64,000 bases of DNA from an uncultured Eubacteriales bacterium (GTDB lineage: Bacteria; Bacillota; Sulfobacillia; Fermentithermobacillales; Fermentithermobacillaceae), in contig CAZYEC010000003.1 of NCBI GenBank assembly GCA_964646385.1, positions 6,350-70,349 of the forward strand, written 5' to 3'. Below are positions 41,524-51,263 of the stretch, in pieces (the first letter of the stretch is position 1; every line of letters starts with the position of its first letter). The translations under genes were made by a program, and so were the position numbers. The notes beneath the pieces are model-generated. The model searched no databases. It saw only the letters and a list, made by a program, of their open reading frames with translations, and was not told the DNA's origin.

Positions 41524-41958
41524 ATGAAGGGCAAAATATGCCTTTTTGTGGCGCTGCCGGTGCTATGTTTGGGCCTGGTGTGCGGTTGGTTCGGAAAAGG
41601 GTTGGCGTCACCGGAATCTGCACTTCCAGGAAGCGAACAGGACCCTTTGGTGACCAAGTCCTATGTGGACGAAATGATTGGCCAAATAGGTAAAACCGCT
41701 TTTGAGGTGGTGGAAGTTCCGGCGGGAAAGACCCTAATCGGAAAGGCGGGAACCGAAATCATTTTGCGAAGCGGCAGCGCTCTGGCAATAGACTCTCAGC
41801 TGGGCGGTTTGTCCGATGTCACGGCAGGTGCAGACTTAAGGGCGCGACAAAATATCCCCGCAAACCACCTGCTAATCATTCCACGGGACGACGGCAGGGG
41901 AATATCGGCCTCCCAAAACATAATCGTTATGGTGCGGGGCGATTATGAGGTGATTTAA
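41524..41958 (+). CDS. Secreted hypothetical protein (N-terminal signal peptide)
   Basis: MKGKICLFVALPVLCLGLVCGWFGKGLA signal-like segment. The 144-aa ORF has no recognised family. Confidence 0.5.
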   Translation: MKGKICLFVALPVLCLGLVCGWFGKGLASPESALPGSEQDPLVTKSYVDEMIGQIGKTAFEVVEVPAGKTLIGKAGTEIILRSGSALAIDSQLGGLSDVTAGADLRARQNIPANHLLIIPRDDGRGISASQNIIVMVRGDYEVI

Positions 41959-43043
41959 GGGCAAACCCGCAGAGTTGACAGGACTATGTCAAGGTTTTCC
42001 CGGGCCAAGGAAATGAGGTTTGGCAGCAAATTCCCCAGGTCCCGGGATAACGCTTCCCGTTCCCCGGCCAGGGCCATCACTGCAGCTTCCGGGTCCGAAC
42101 ACGAGAGAGTCGGGTTCGGCAGAACAGGGCAACCTGTCATCCGGCAAAATGCCCCGATTTTAGGGTCAATCTCGACGCCCAGGTAGGGAACCCCCGCCCG
42201 GGCCGACAATATCAGAGTGTGCAGTCTCATCCCCACGCAAAACTCCCCTTTTTGGAGCACCCCCAGAGCCTCCGCCGGGGTGAGCCCCGATAGGAACGGA
42301 ACAGGTCGTTCTCCCTTTTCCCCCAGGTACCTGTTGAAGGACTCGACGAGCCCCAGGTCGCGTTCTTGCATGATCAGCAGGCACGGTTCCAGGCCCAAAG
42401 TCCTGAAGCGTGCGGCTGAATTGGCCAAGGACCGGTAAAAAGTCCCCGGGGCCTTTCCCGGGCGAAGGGCCAGCCATACGGAAACATGGCCCACCTTTTG
42501 GGCTTCAAGTATTTCGTCCACCCTTGCGGGGGGGGCAGGTTCCAACAAAAAAGCGGGATCGGCAGTAACCCTTATGTGGCGGTTCACCCCAATGTCTCTC
42601 AAAAGGTCCCGAGACTCAAAATCCCTGACCGTGATTTGTTTGACCCGAGACAACGCGATTCGCGTGAGGTTCCTGCCGGTCTTGGAAGTCAGAGGCCCGA
42701 TGCCGTTAGCGTAAACCACGACAGGTTTGTTTAGAAGATGGGAAAGAAACAAGATTGACAAGTAATAAACCAAAGACCGGAAAGACGTGGAATCCTGCAG
42801 CAAACTTCCTCCTCCGAATATCACAAGATCGGAGCCCCTCAGGGCGCCTACCACTTGAGCAAACGACATCCGGGGAACTGCACAGATACCGTAAGTGCGG
42901 GCCGTTTCACGGGGTGATTTGGACAAGACCGTGATCCTTATGCTGGGATCTTTAGCGCGTATAGCAGAAACAGTGGATGCCAATATTGCCTCGTCTCCTA
43001 TGTTGCCGAATCCGTAGTATCCGGAAATGAGGACTTTTTTCAA
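41955..43043 (-). CDS. csaB: Polysaccharide pyruvyl transferase CsaB. Likely TTG start at 43043 (MKKVLISGYYGF...). The track ORF extends to 43223.
   Basis: SGYYGFGNIGDEAIL N-terminal signature and overall PS-pyruvyl-transferase length. An AGAGGGTG Shine-Dalgarno sequence precedes the TTG. Confidence 0.8.
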   Translation of the reverse strand: MKKVLISGYYGFGNIGDEAILASTVSAIRAKDPSIRITVLSKSPRETARTYGICAVPRMSFAQVVGALRGSDLVIFGGGSLLQDSTSFRSLVYYLSILFLSHLLNKPVVVYANGIGPLTSKTGRNLTRIALSRVKQITVRDFESRDLLRDIGVNRHIRVTADPAFLLEPAPPARVDEILEAQKVGHVSVWLALRPGKAPGTFYRSLANSAARFRTLGLEPCLLIMQERDLGLVESFNRYLGEKGERPVPFLSGLTPAEALGVLQKGEFCVGMRLHTLILSARAGVPYLGVEIDPKIGAFCRMTGCPVLPNPTLSCSDPEAAVMALAGEREALSRDLGNLLPNLISLARENLDIVLSTLRVCP

Positions 43044-43182
43044 TTTGCGCACCCTCTCTTCCGAAGATGCTGACGAAACGGCTGCCACCCCAGGAATCAT
43101 AGCAAAAAGCGCTTGAACTGTAAAAGGAGGGTTCCACGGAGGGCTGCGCCGGGGCAGGAACCCTCGTCTTCTTTGTTGAAAT

Positions 43183-44028
43183 GTGGCACACTGTAACCGG
43201 GTATGTTTGTTGGTGCCGAACAATGAACGGAACGGTGATGGCGTGGCTTTCGTAGATGTGCTTGGGGTGGAGTTTTACCCCGTAACTCTCTCAGGAGCCT
43301 TGAAGGCTGTCGATTGGATGTTGTCGAGGAACGACGGTTTTACACGGTTAGTGATCACAGGGAATCCTGTAATGGTAATGAACGCCCGACGAGATCCGGT
43401 CTTCATGAATGTTATGAAAAGCGCCGATCTCATGGTGCCCGACGGGGTGGGAATCCTCTGGGCGGCGCGAAAACTCGGCGGCATGCTCCCGGAACGGGTC
43501 ACAGGCATGGATCTGGTGGAAAACCTTTTGGGGAGAGATCCGCCCAAAAGGGTCTTCTTTTTAGGGGGCAAGCCCGGTGTCGCCGAAAAAGCCAAGCAAA
43601 ATGCGGAAAGACGCTACTCGGGTATCCGGGTGGTAGGTGTCCACCACGGCTATTTCGGAGTGCAGGAGGAAGGTGCTGTGGTGAATGCAGTCAAAGACTG
43701 CAAGGCTGATCTGTTGCTGGCAGGCATGGGCTCTCCCAGACAGGAGAAATTCATCTGGCGGAACAGATCGGTGCTTGGGGCCCGCGTGGGTATTGGGGTC
43801 GGCGGGGTTCTTGACATACTGGCGGGCGATGCCGTGAGGGCGCCGAGACTCCTGCAAAAGGCAGGCTTGGAGTGGCTGTACAGACTGGCCAAAGAGCCTC
43901 GCCGTCTCAAAACCGATCTGGCCCTGGCGGCGTTTGCTGTCCAAGTGTGTGTCCAGGCCTCCAAACGCAAGGTTAAAGATACGGAAAGCGAGGGAGACGA
44001 CAAGGATGACGAACACAATACTGTCTAA
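43183..44028 (+). CDS. tagA: WecB/TagA/CpsF-family glycosyltransferase (UDP-ManNAc:lipid-linked GlcNAc ManNAc transferase). Start uncertain, possibly the GTG at 43243.
   Basis: VDVLGVEFYPVTLSGALKAV...MVPDGVGILWAARKLG...LLAGMGSPRQEKFI are TagA family motifs. Confidence 0.8.
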   Translation: MAHCNRVCLLVPNNERNGDGVAFVDVLGVEFYPVTLSGALKAVDWMLSRNDGFTRLVITGNPVMVMNARRDPVFMNVMKSADLMVPDGVGILWAARKLGGMLPERVTGMDLVENLLGRDPPKRVFFLGGKPGVAEKAKQNAERRYSGIRVVGVHHGYFGVQEEGAVVNAVKDCKADLLLAGMGSPRQEKFIWRNRSVLGARVGIGVGGVLDILAGDAVRAPRLLQKAGLEWLYRLAKEPRRLKTDLALAAFAVQVCVQASKRKVKDTESEGDDKDDEHNTV

Positions 44029-44815
44029 AGCCCGGGTCATCCGCTACCACGTAATAGACATGATCGGTAAAGCGGGTTCCGGGCATCCCGGCGGCTCGTT
44101 GTCTTGCACCGATATTTTGGCCGTGTTGTATTTCGGAGAAGTGCTTCGTGTCAGACCCCATGAACCTGCGTGGCCCGGCCGGGATAGGTTAGTGTTGTCC
44201 AAAGGTCACGCAGCGCCGGCGTTATACGCCGCACTGGCGGAAAGGGGATTCTTCGGCGTGAACGTTCTGCCGACTCTCAGGCAATTGGGCTCGATTCTTC
44301 AGGGCCACCCCGATTGCCGGAGAGTCCCGGGAGTGGAAGTGTCCACAGGTTCTTTGGGGCAAGGGCTGTCACTGGCAGTGGGTATGGCTCTGGCGGGCAA
44401 ATTGGACCGCAAGGATTATAAGGTCTGGGCCATTTTGGGGGATGGCGAGTGTCAGGAAGGCCAGATCTGGGAGGCAGCCATGGCCGCAAACCATTACGGG
44501 CTTGGGAATTTGGCGGCCGTCGTGGATCACAACAGGCTGCAAATCGACGGTCCCGTGGAAAAAGTCATGTCCACCGGGTCCATTGCCTCTAAGTTTGAAG
44601 CTTTCGGTTGGAACACCCTTGTTGTGGACGGTCACGATGTTCCGGGCTTGCTCATGGCTTTTCGAAACATATCTGAACACAATAACAGGCCTGTTGCCGT
44701 AATAGCCGAGACTGTAAAAGGGAAAGGTGTTTCGTTCATGGAGGGCGCGGTGGATTGGCACGGAAAAGCCCCGAAAGGGGAAGACCTTGTAAAGGCTATT
44801 CGGGAACTGGGGTAA
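44006..44815 (+). CDS. tktA: Transketolase, N-terminal subunit (TPP-binding)
   Basis: GSGHPGGSLSCTDILAVLYF...GDGECQEGQIWEAAMAA is the TPP motif. A split transketolase is typical of Clostridia. Confidence 0.92.
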   Translation: MTNTILSKARVIRYHVIDMIGKAGSGHPGGSLSCTDILAVLYFGEVLRVRPHEPAWPGRDRLVLSKGHAAPALYAALAERGFFGVNVLPTLRQLGSILQGHPDCRRVPGVEVSTGSLGQGLSLAVGMALAGKLDRKDYKVWAILGDGECQEGQIWEAAMAANHYGLGNLAAVVDHNRLQIDGPVEKVMSTGSIASKFEAFGWNTLVVDGHDVPGLLMAFRNISEHNNRPVAVIAETVKGKGVSFMEGAVDWHGKAPKGEDLVKAIRELG

Positions 44816-44825
44816 GGCGAATCGG

Positions 44826-45818
44826 GTGGAGGTGTTCTTGATGGGAAAACTCGTGGGGACCAGGGACGCCTACGGGAAAGCGCTTGTGGAGGTGGGGAAA
44901 GAGAATCCTCGTGTGGTGGTGCTGGATGCCGATCTTTCTTCGTCCACAAAAACCAGGGCCTTTGCCGAGGCGTTTCCCGAAAGGTTTTTTAACGCCGGTA
45001 TAGCAGAGGCCAACATGATAGGGATGGCTGCCGGTTTGGCCCAGTCCGGCAAGGTGGTCTTTGCTTCCAGTTTTGCTGTTTTTGCCACGGGCCGGGCCTA
45101 CGATCAAATTCGTCAGTCCGTGGCGTATCCCAAATTTGACGTCAAAATTGCCGCTACGCACGCGGGGCTTACCGTCGGCCCTGACGGGGCTACGCATCAG
45201 GCTTTGGAAGACATCGCGCTCATGAGAGTCATGCCTAACATGTCCGTAGTGGTGCCCTGCGATGCCCAGGAGACTGCCGAAGCTGTCAGGGCCGCTTCCC
45301 TTCTGGATGGCCCCGTTTATTTGCGGTTGGGCAGAGAGCCTGTGCCGGCGGTCATGGGCCCGGATCAGGTTTTTAAGTTCGGCCGCGGTGTCCCCATTTA
45401 TCCGAAGCTGGAAAGGGAACAGGTTATCGGCAGAAATCACGTGGGCCCTTTTGATGCTTTGCTGGTGGCTTGCGGGGCCATGGTAGAAGCCTGTCTTGAA
45501 GCCGCCCATGTTTTGGGCAGGCAAGGTATCCGTTGCCTGGTGTTGAATTTCGCCTCAGTCAAGCCTTTGGACAAAGACCTTTTGGTTGCGGCGGCAAGTA
45601 TGAGCAAAGCCGTTATTACGGCGGAAGAACACAGCGTTATCGGCGGACTGGGGAGCGCAGTATGCGAGTGTTTGTCAGAGTCGCATCCGGCGGTTGTCAG
45701 GCGAATCGGAGTGCGGGATGAGTTCGGGCAATCGGGCACGGCCCGGGAACTTCTTGAGACTTACGGGTTGACCGCAAGTAAGCTGGTTGTGGAAACCAAA
45801 GACGTTTTGGGCATTTAG
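44826..45818 (+). CDS. tktB: Transketolase, C-terminal subunit (pyrimidine-binding and C-terminal domains)
   Basis: FNAGIAEANMIGMAAGLA...PTHAGLTVGPDGATHQALEDIALMR. Confidence 0.92.
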   Translation: MEVFLMGKLVGTRDAYGKALVEVGKENPRVVVLDADLSSSTKTRAFAEAFPERFFNAGIAEANMIGMAAGLAQSGKVVFASSFAVFATGRAYDQIRQSVAYPKFDVKIAATHAGLTVGPDGATHQALEDIALMRVMPNMSVVVPCDAQETAEAVRAASLLDGPVYLRLGREPVPAVMGPDQVFKFGRGVPIYPKLEREQVIGRNHVGPFDALLVACGAMVEACLEAAHVLGRQGIRCLVLNFASVKPLDKDLLVAAASMSKAVITAEEHSVIGGLGSAVCECLSESHPAVVRRIGVRDEFGQSGTARELLETYGLTASKLVVETKDVLGI

Positions 45819-45916
45819 GCTGTTAGAGTCGAGTATTTGGTCGTAAATTCCTTAAACGGGAACAGGATTGAGTCGGAGCCTGTCGAATATATGATAGGTC
45901 AGCAACAAGCCGACGG

Positions 45917-46606
45917 GTGATATATTTGATTTGTCTCAGAAATGTGTGCAAGACATATTCTGCCGGAATTTCTGCGTTGGACAACGTATCTCTTAATATC
46001 GGAAAAGGTGAATTTGTTTTTGTGGTTGGTTCCAGCGGAGCCGGCAAATCAACGCTTATAAAACTCCTTTACCGCGAGGAAACGGCGTCCGAAGGGCAAG
46101 TCCTTGTGGCCGGAAGAGATCTTGGCAGGATGCGCCGAAGAGATGTTCCTTTCCTTAGGCGAAGGATAGGTGTGGTATTTCAGGACTTCCGCCTTCTTTC
46201 GGATAGGACTGTCTTTGAAAATGTTGCATTTGCCCTTCAAGTGACCGGTGCGACCGGGCGTGACACCAGAAAAAGAGTAACCCAGGTGCTTTCTTTGGTG
46301 GGTTTGCAGGACCGCCAGGCAGCCAGGCCGATGGAGCTGTCTGGAGGCGAACAACAAAGGGTTGCCCTGGCCAGAGCGCTTGTGAGAAATCCTGACATTC
46401 TTTTGGCCGACGAACCCTCGGGAAACTTGGATCCCAAAACAGCCCTGGGAATTTTCAGGCTTATAGAAAGAGCCAATGTGTTTGGCATGACGGTATTGAT
46501 CGCAACCCATGCGAGCAACATTGTGAATTCAATGCGTAAGCGAGTCATTGAACTTGAATCCGGTTGTTTGGTCCGGGACGTCTGGAGGGGAGCGTACAGC
46601 CATTGA
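45917..46606 (+). CDS. ftsE: Cell-division ABC transporter ATP-binding protein FtsE
   Basis: Walker A (GSSGAGKST), ABC signature (LSGGEQQRVALARAL) and Walker B (ILLADEP). Confidence 0.92.
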   Translation: MIYLICLRNVCKTYSAGISALDNVSLNIGKGEFVFVVGSSGAGKSTLIKLLYREETASEGQVLVAGRDLGRMRRRDVPFLRRRIGVVFQDFRLLSDRTVFENVAFALQVTGATGRDTRKRVTQVLSLVGLQDRQAARPMELSGGEQQRVALARALVRNPDILLADEPSGNLDPKTALGIFRLIERANVFGMTVLIATHASNIVNSMRKRVIELESGCLVRDVWRGAYSH

Positions 46607-47493
46607 GGTTCTGGACAGGCGGCTATCTGCTTTCAGAAACCGGAAAGAGCATCTGGAGAAACAAGCTGTCGTCTTTTTTGTCTTCTGCCACCACGGCGCT
46701 GGCCCTATTTCTGCTGGGAGTGGCGTTTCTGGTTAACATGAACCTGACGTTCATGTTGGATGCGGTTCAAAAACAAATGGAAATTCAAGCCTATTTACGA
46801 CAAGATGCCAGTGACGAATTGGCGGCTCTGGCTTTTGACGAAATTAGGGATTTGCCCGACGTTTGCGAAGTCAGATTTGTGACGAAAGAAGAGGCTCTTG
46901 AGGAGTTTAGGGACATGTTTCGGGACAGTCCCCAGGTCCTTGAAGGTTTAGGTGACGACAATCCCCTTCCCGCGAGCATCCGGGTGAGAACAAACGGGGC
47001 CGAGCTGATTCAAGGAGTGGCCCAGGAGATACGGTCGTTGGAGGCAGTGGAAGAAGTTATTTTTCAAGAAGAAGCCGCGGGCAGGGTTGCCTCTATAGGC
47101 CGGATAACTCAGGCAGTCTCTTTGGGCGGGATGCTTGTGGTAGGTTTGGTCGCTGTCATGGTCATAGGCAACTCCATAAGGTTGTCCATCGACGCCAGGC
47201 GACACGAGATAGCCATTATGAAAGTGGTAGGGGCAACCGATGGATTCATTGCGGGACCGTTTCTGCTGGCAGGCGTGGTGTTGGGAATTGCCGGGGCGTT
47301 GTGCGGAGGAGCTATTGCCGTGGGGTTGTACTTTTGGGTATTTTCAGCCGTGGAAAGCCTCTTGCCGTTCATACCTGTGCTCGTTCTGGAGCTTAACACT
47401 GCGCTTCGGATGCTGGGCATAATGCTGGCTACCGGGGTTTTGGTGGGTGTTCTGGGCTCAACCCTTTCGCTCCGACGTTATCTTAGGGTATAA
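46603..47493 (+). CDS. ftsX: Cell-division permease FtsX. Putative TTG start overlaps the ftsE stop. The track ORF starts at 46564.
   Basis: N-terminal GYLLSETGKSIWRNKLSS motif, large extracellular loop and C-terminal TM bundle. Confidence 0.85.
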   Translation: MRFWTGGYLLSETGKSIWRNKLSSFLSSATTALALFLLGVAFLVNMNLTFMLDAVQKQMEIQAYLRQDASDELAALAFDEIRDLPDVCEVRFVTKEEALEEFRDMFRDSPQVLEGLGDDNPLPASIRVRTNGAELIQGVAQEIRSLEAVEEVIFQEEAAGRVASIGRITQAVSLGGMLVVGLVAVMVIGNSIRLSIDARRHEIAIMKVVGATDGFIAGPFLLAGVVLGIAGALCGGAIAVGLYFWVFSAVESLLPFIPVLVLELNTALRMLGIMLATGVLVGVLGSTLSLRRYLRV

Positions 47494-47503
47494 CCGGGGG
47501 GTA

Positions 47504-48664
47504 ATGCATTTGAAACTCAAAGGACTGCGCCTGGTGATTCTCACGGTAATTTTGGCGGCGTTAATTGTTCCAACAACTATGGTCAGAAGCAGGCCGGTCT
47601 ACGCAGATGCCCTGGATGAAAAGTTTCAGGAGCTCCAAGATCTGTTAAAAGAGATAGACCAGTACAAGTCCCAAATTAGTTCCCAAAAGCGAACAGAGAC
47701 TTCCGTCATGAACGAGATCCAAAAGCTTGACAAAGAGCTGGCTCTTGCAGAAAAGGAACTTGCCTACATACAAACCAAGATGACGTACCTCAACGGCGAA
47801 ATTGATCAAACCCGAGAGGAAATCACCCAAATCCAAGAAAGGCTTGCGGCCCAAAAGGCTTGTTTCGAGGCCAGATTGGTGAGCATGTACAAATCGCGCA
47901 ACGTGTCCTACGTGGAGGTGTTGCTTGAGTCAGACAGCATATCCAATTTCTTGGCACGGGTTCGCTATTTGCGGGACTTGACTGCTTACGACAATCAGCT
48001 GATGGATACATACAAAGCGGAACACCGGGATTTGGAGGAGCGAAAGGCGGGGCTGGAGGGCGATTTGGCCCAGATGCTCGTTCTCAAAAGAGACCAAGAA
48101 GACAAAAGGGTTGAAGTAGTCTCCAGAAGCAGAAGCCGGGAAGACTATCTTGCCCAAGTGCAAAAAGAGAGGAAAAGGCTTGAAGAGCTTCTAGATGCCA
48201 TGGAAGCGGAGTCCAAGGCTTTGGAAAAAGTTATCGCGGATCTTCAGGCCAAGAATCCCAGGCCAAAAAACGAGAATCTGTCTATGGCGTGGCCCATCAG
48301 TGGCGGATGGATAAGTGACTACTATGGCTGGCGAAACCACCCGATTTTGAATATCCCCAAATTCCATTCGGGCGTCGATTACGCCGCCAACACCGGAACA
48401 GATATTAAGGCCATGGAGGCCGGCAGCGTGTTGCTGGCGGGCACTAACGGCGGCTACGGTCTTTGCGTAATAATAGACCACGGGGGCGGAATTTCCACGT
48501 TGTACGGGCATGCCTCCAAACTTTTGGTAAAAAAAGGTGAGGAAGTCTACAAAGGCCAGGTCATTGCCAAGGTGGGTTCCACAGGCGTGTCCACAGGCCC
48601 TCACCTTCACTTCGAAGTAAGGGTGAACGGGGTCACGCAAAATCCTCTGGATTGGTTGCCCTGA
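47504..48664 (+). CDS. Coiled-coil M23 peptidoglycan endopeptidase (EnvC/PcsB-like) with intact catalytic motifs
   Basis: Signal/TM segment, a roughly 220-aa coiled coil and a C-terminal LytM domain with HSGVDYAA...D and HLHFE motifs. Lies immediately downstream of ftsEX. Confidence 0.8.
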   Translation: MHLKLKGLRLVILTVILAALIVPTTMVRSRPVYADALDEKFQELQDLLKEIDQYKSQISSQKRTETSVMNEIQKLDKELALAEKELAYIQTKMTYLNGEIDQTREEITQIQERLAAQKACFEARLVSMYKSRNVSYVEVLLESDSISNFLARVRYLRDLTAYDNQLMDTYKAEHRDLEERKAGLEGDLAQMLVLKRDQEDKRVEVVSRSRSREDYLAQVQKERKRLEELLDAMEAESKALEKVIADLQAKNPRPKNENLSMAWPISGGWISDYYGWRNHPILNIPKFHSGVDYAANTGTDIKAMEAGSVLLAGTNGGYGLCVIIDHGGGISTLYGHASKLLVKKGEEVYKGQVIAKVGSTGVSTGPHLHFEVRVNGVTQNPLDWLP

Positions 48665-48789
48665 CCGGGCCCGAGCAGTCTCCCCTTGGCCGGCGTTGGT
48701 CGGCGGTATCCCCATGTGCTAGACTGAATACAACGTAGAAGAGTTCTGATTAGTGCGATTGGCGCGCCCTAAAGGGGGCTTTCTTACCT

Positions 48790-49902
48790 ATGGTGTCCAA
48801 AAGAAGAGTCTGGAAAGTCTGTGTGGCATCGGCTTTGATCGCCGCTGTCTTGGGCAGCGGTTTCACACTGTACCTGATGGTGCGGATAGGGCCTTTGGGC
48901 AAGATCTGGGAAATTGTTAATGTGCTTGACAGGTCTTTTCATAAATCTGTGGACCGGCAGGCTGCTTTCGAAGGCGCTGCCCGAGGCGCCGTGGCGGCGT
49001 TGGGGGATCCCTATTCAGCCTACATGGATGCCGGTGAATGGCAGGAGTACCTTATCAGGACCTCCGGGGAATACACCGGTATCGGCATTACCATAGATGT
49101 GAAAGATGACATGGTTCGGATAGCGGAACCTATGAAGGGCACGCCGGCCGAGACCGCGGGCTTGCGGGCAGGGGACATCATTTTGAGGGTGGACGGCGAA
49201 GTTGTAAAATCCAGCGACGAAGCTTCCGCCCGGATAAGGGGACCGGCTGACACCGATGTTACCCTGACTATACTCAGGACCGGCACTACTTTTGATCTCA
49301 CCATTACGAGAAAACCGATCATGATGCCTGCCGTAAGCCATGAAATGCTTGATGAGCAAGTGGGGTTAATTCAGCTCATGAGCTTCAACGAGCATTCCTT
49401 TGCTGAAACCAAACTTGCCCTGGAAGACCTGAAGGCTCAAGGAGTCCAAGGCATCGTATTGGACGTCCGATACAATGGCGGCGGTTTTGTGGATCAATGC
49501 TTGAACATTGCCGAACTTTTCGTTCCCGAAGGCAAAGTGGTGAGCCTGCGGTACAAAGACGAGATTGAAAAGGTGAGCGTATCTCATGGCAAAGGTTTGG
49601 GCATGCCCTTGGTTGTTTTGATCAATGGCGGTACGGCGAGCGCTTCGGAAATACTGGCCGGGGCGATTCAGGACCGGGGAGTGGGGACTCTCATTGGGAC
49701 CAAAACTTTCGGTAAAGGTTTGGTGCAAAGCATCTTCTACTTGGCCGATAAATCGGTGGTGAAGGTCACTACCGCGGAATACCTCACGCCTAACGGCAGG
49801 TCGATTCATGGGCAAGGCTTGTTGCCCGACATCGAGGTTCAAGGGGATCCTGCGCAGCTGGCTAAGGCCTTGGATATCGTGAAGGAATCTTTTGCTGAGT
49901 AG
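48790..49902 (+). CDS. ctpA: Carboxyl-terminal processing protease (S41, CtpA/CtpB-like) with PDZ domain
   Basis: PDZ (GLRAGDIILRVDGE) plus S41 catalytic region (GGTASASEILAGA...TFGKGLVQS). Confidence 0.88.
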   Translation: MVSKRRVWKVCVASALIAAVLGSGFTLYLMVRIGPLGKIWEIVNVLDRSFHKSVDRQAAFEGAARGAVAALGDPYSAYMDAGEWQEYLIRTSGEYTGIGITIDVKDDMVRIAEPMKGTPAETAGLRAGDIILRVDGEVVKSSDEASARIRGPADTDVTLTILRTGTTFDLTITRKPIMMPAVSHEMLDEQVGLIQLMSFNEHSFAETKLALEDLKAQGVQGIVLDVRYNGGGFVDQCLNIAELFVPEGKVVSLRYKDEIEKVSVSHGKGLGMPLVVLINGGTASASEILAGAIQDRGVGTLIGTKTFGKGLVQSIFYLADKSVVKVTTAEYLTPNGRSIHGQGLLPDIEVQGDPAQLAKALDIVKESFAE

Positions 49903-49916
49903 AAAGGGGCACGTCT

Positions 49917-51170
49917 TTGAAACCCTTGGTTGATCTGCTGTTTTTGGTACTCAAATCTTACCCCACAATGTTCTTAAGTCCGGTTGTGACGGTCTTGTAC
50001 CTTGTGGTGCTTGCCTTGGTGGCGGGGCAGTATGTCAAAATTCAATCCCTGGAAGAAAAGATGTACGGCAGATCTAAAAACAAGGCTTTCGGGCAGACCC
50101 TGAAGTCCATTGGCCTGGGGTTTTTCGGCGGGTTGCTGGCGAGCGTTCTTCTGGTAATGGTTGGGGTAACGGTGAGTGACAGCGGGATCGGATACCTTCT
50201 TCCCGTCGCACTGATACTTTATCTGTTCAGCCCAAGATTTTTGTGCTTTTCATATGCAGGCAGTCTTGCCAGCATGAGCTATATGTTGTTTGGATGGCCC
50301 GAGGTTAATGTGCCTGCTATGATGGCCTTGGTCGCTTGTCTTCACGCCGCCGAGGCCCTTCTCATTAAAATGAGCGGCGACGGTTGTACCACCCCGCTGT
50401 ATATCGAGGGGAAAAATGGTCAAGTCGCCGGAGGGTTTACGCTGCAGCGGTTCTGGCCCATCCCCCTTATGGTTTTGTATTTGCACAAAATACCCGACCT
50501 TGCGGCCGTCCGGGGTTTAATCCATTTGCCCGACTGGTGGCCTCTTATCAGTGTGCCTGCGGTGCCGGGGCCGGGCACGCCGGTGTTCGTAACCATGCCT
50601 TTGGTGGCCGCTTTGGGATACGGAGACCTGAGTTTGGCACGCACTCCCAAAGAAAAAGCCGCCCGCACTGCAGCGAATTTGGCGGTGTACAGCGTCCTTT
50701 TGCTGGGCCTATCCATTGCGGCTTCCAATTTGCCTGCTTTTTCCTGGGTCGCAGTTTTGTTTTCCGCTTTTGGGCACGAAGCGGTCATCAAGATTGGCGC
50801 CAAAGAAGAACTGGTGCCGGAGCCTTTCTTCGAAAATACCGGCGACGGTGTAGTGGTGATGGATGTGTTTGAGGGAACCTCAGGGTTCGCCGCCGGCCTT
50901 CGGCCGGGGGATGTCATTCTGGAGGCAAAAGGGATGCCGGTAAAGACCCGGGAACAATTAGAAGAGGTTTTGGCCGAAACAGGGCCTGCGATGCTCAAAG
51001 TGGGTGGGCTTAGGCGCGCCGGCTTCCGACACTTAAATGTGGGCGGTGGACGCGAACCTTTGGGGATCGTGACTGCACCTGAGCCCGGTGACCGCCCGAT
51101 GGCAAGCGCCAACGCCCCTGGTCTCCTGGCAAGATGGGTCAAGAGCTTCGTGAAAAAGCCGGAACGCTGA
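49917..51170 (+). CDS. Polytopic membrane protein with C-terminal PDZ domain
   Basis: TTG start. Multiple TM segments, then a PDZ domain (GDGVVVMDVFEGTSGFAAGLRPGDVILEAKG). No protease motif recognised. Confidence 0.6.
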   Translation: MKPLVDLLFLVLKSYPTMFLSPVVTVLYLVVLALVAGQYVKIQSLEEKMYGRSKNKAFGQTLKSIGLGFFGGLLASVLLVMVGVTVSDSGIGYLLPVALILYLFSPRFLCFSYAGSLASMSYMLFGWPEVNVPAMMALVACLHAAEALLIKMSGDGCTTPLYIEGKNGQVAGGFTLQRFWPIPLMVLYLHKIPDLAAVRGLIHLPDWWPLISVPAVPGPGTPVFVTMPLVAALGYGDLSLARTPKEKAARTAANLAVYSVLLLGLSIAASNLPAFSWVAVLFSAFGHEAVIKIGAKEELVPEPFFENTGDGVVVMDVFEGTSGFAAGLRPGDVILEAKGMPVKTREQLEEVLAETGPAMLKVGGLRRAGFRHLNVGGGREPLGIVTAPEPGDRPMASANAPGLLARWVKSFVKKPER

Positions 51171-51202
51171 CAATTTCCACGTTTTCTGACCTCCCCACGG
51201 TC

Positions 51203-51240
51203 GGCAACATTCATTTGCCCCTTATGGCGGCCATTTGTAT
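51203..51240 (+). promoter_or_regulatory. Sigma-A-like promoter upstream of uvrB (TTGCCC, 17 nt spacer, TATAAT)
   Basis: Consensus -10 sequence with a good -35 and canonical spacing, about 25 nt upstream of the uvrB ATG. Approximate coordinates. Confidence 0.4.
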
Positions 51241-51263
51241 AATGATCTGGCGGAGGCGAACAA

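Noticed and set aside
44006-45818. Split transketolase as a pseudogene or frameshift
   Set aside because: Separate N- and C-terminal transketolase subunit genes are the standard arrangement in Clostridia. Both halves are intact.
51171-51263. Possible LexA/SOS box near CGAACAAATGGGCG upstream of uvrB
   Set aside because: The second half-site is GGGCG rather than GTTCG, so it does not match the GAAC-N4-GTTC palindrome.
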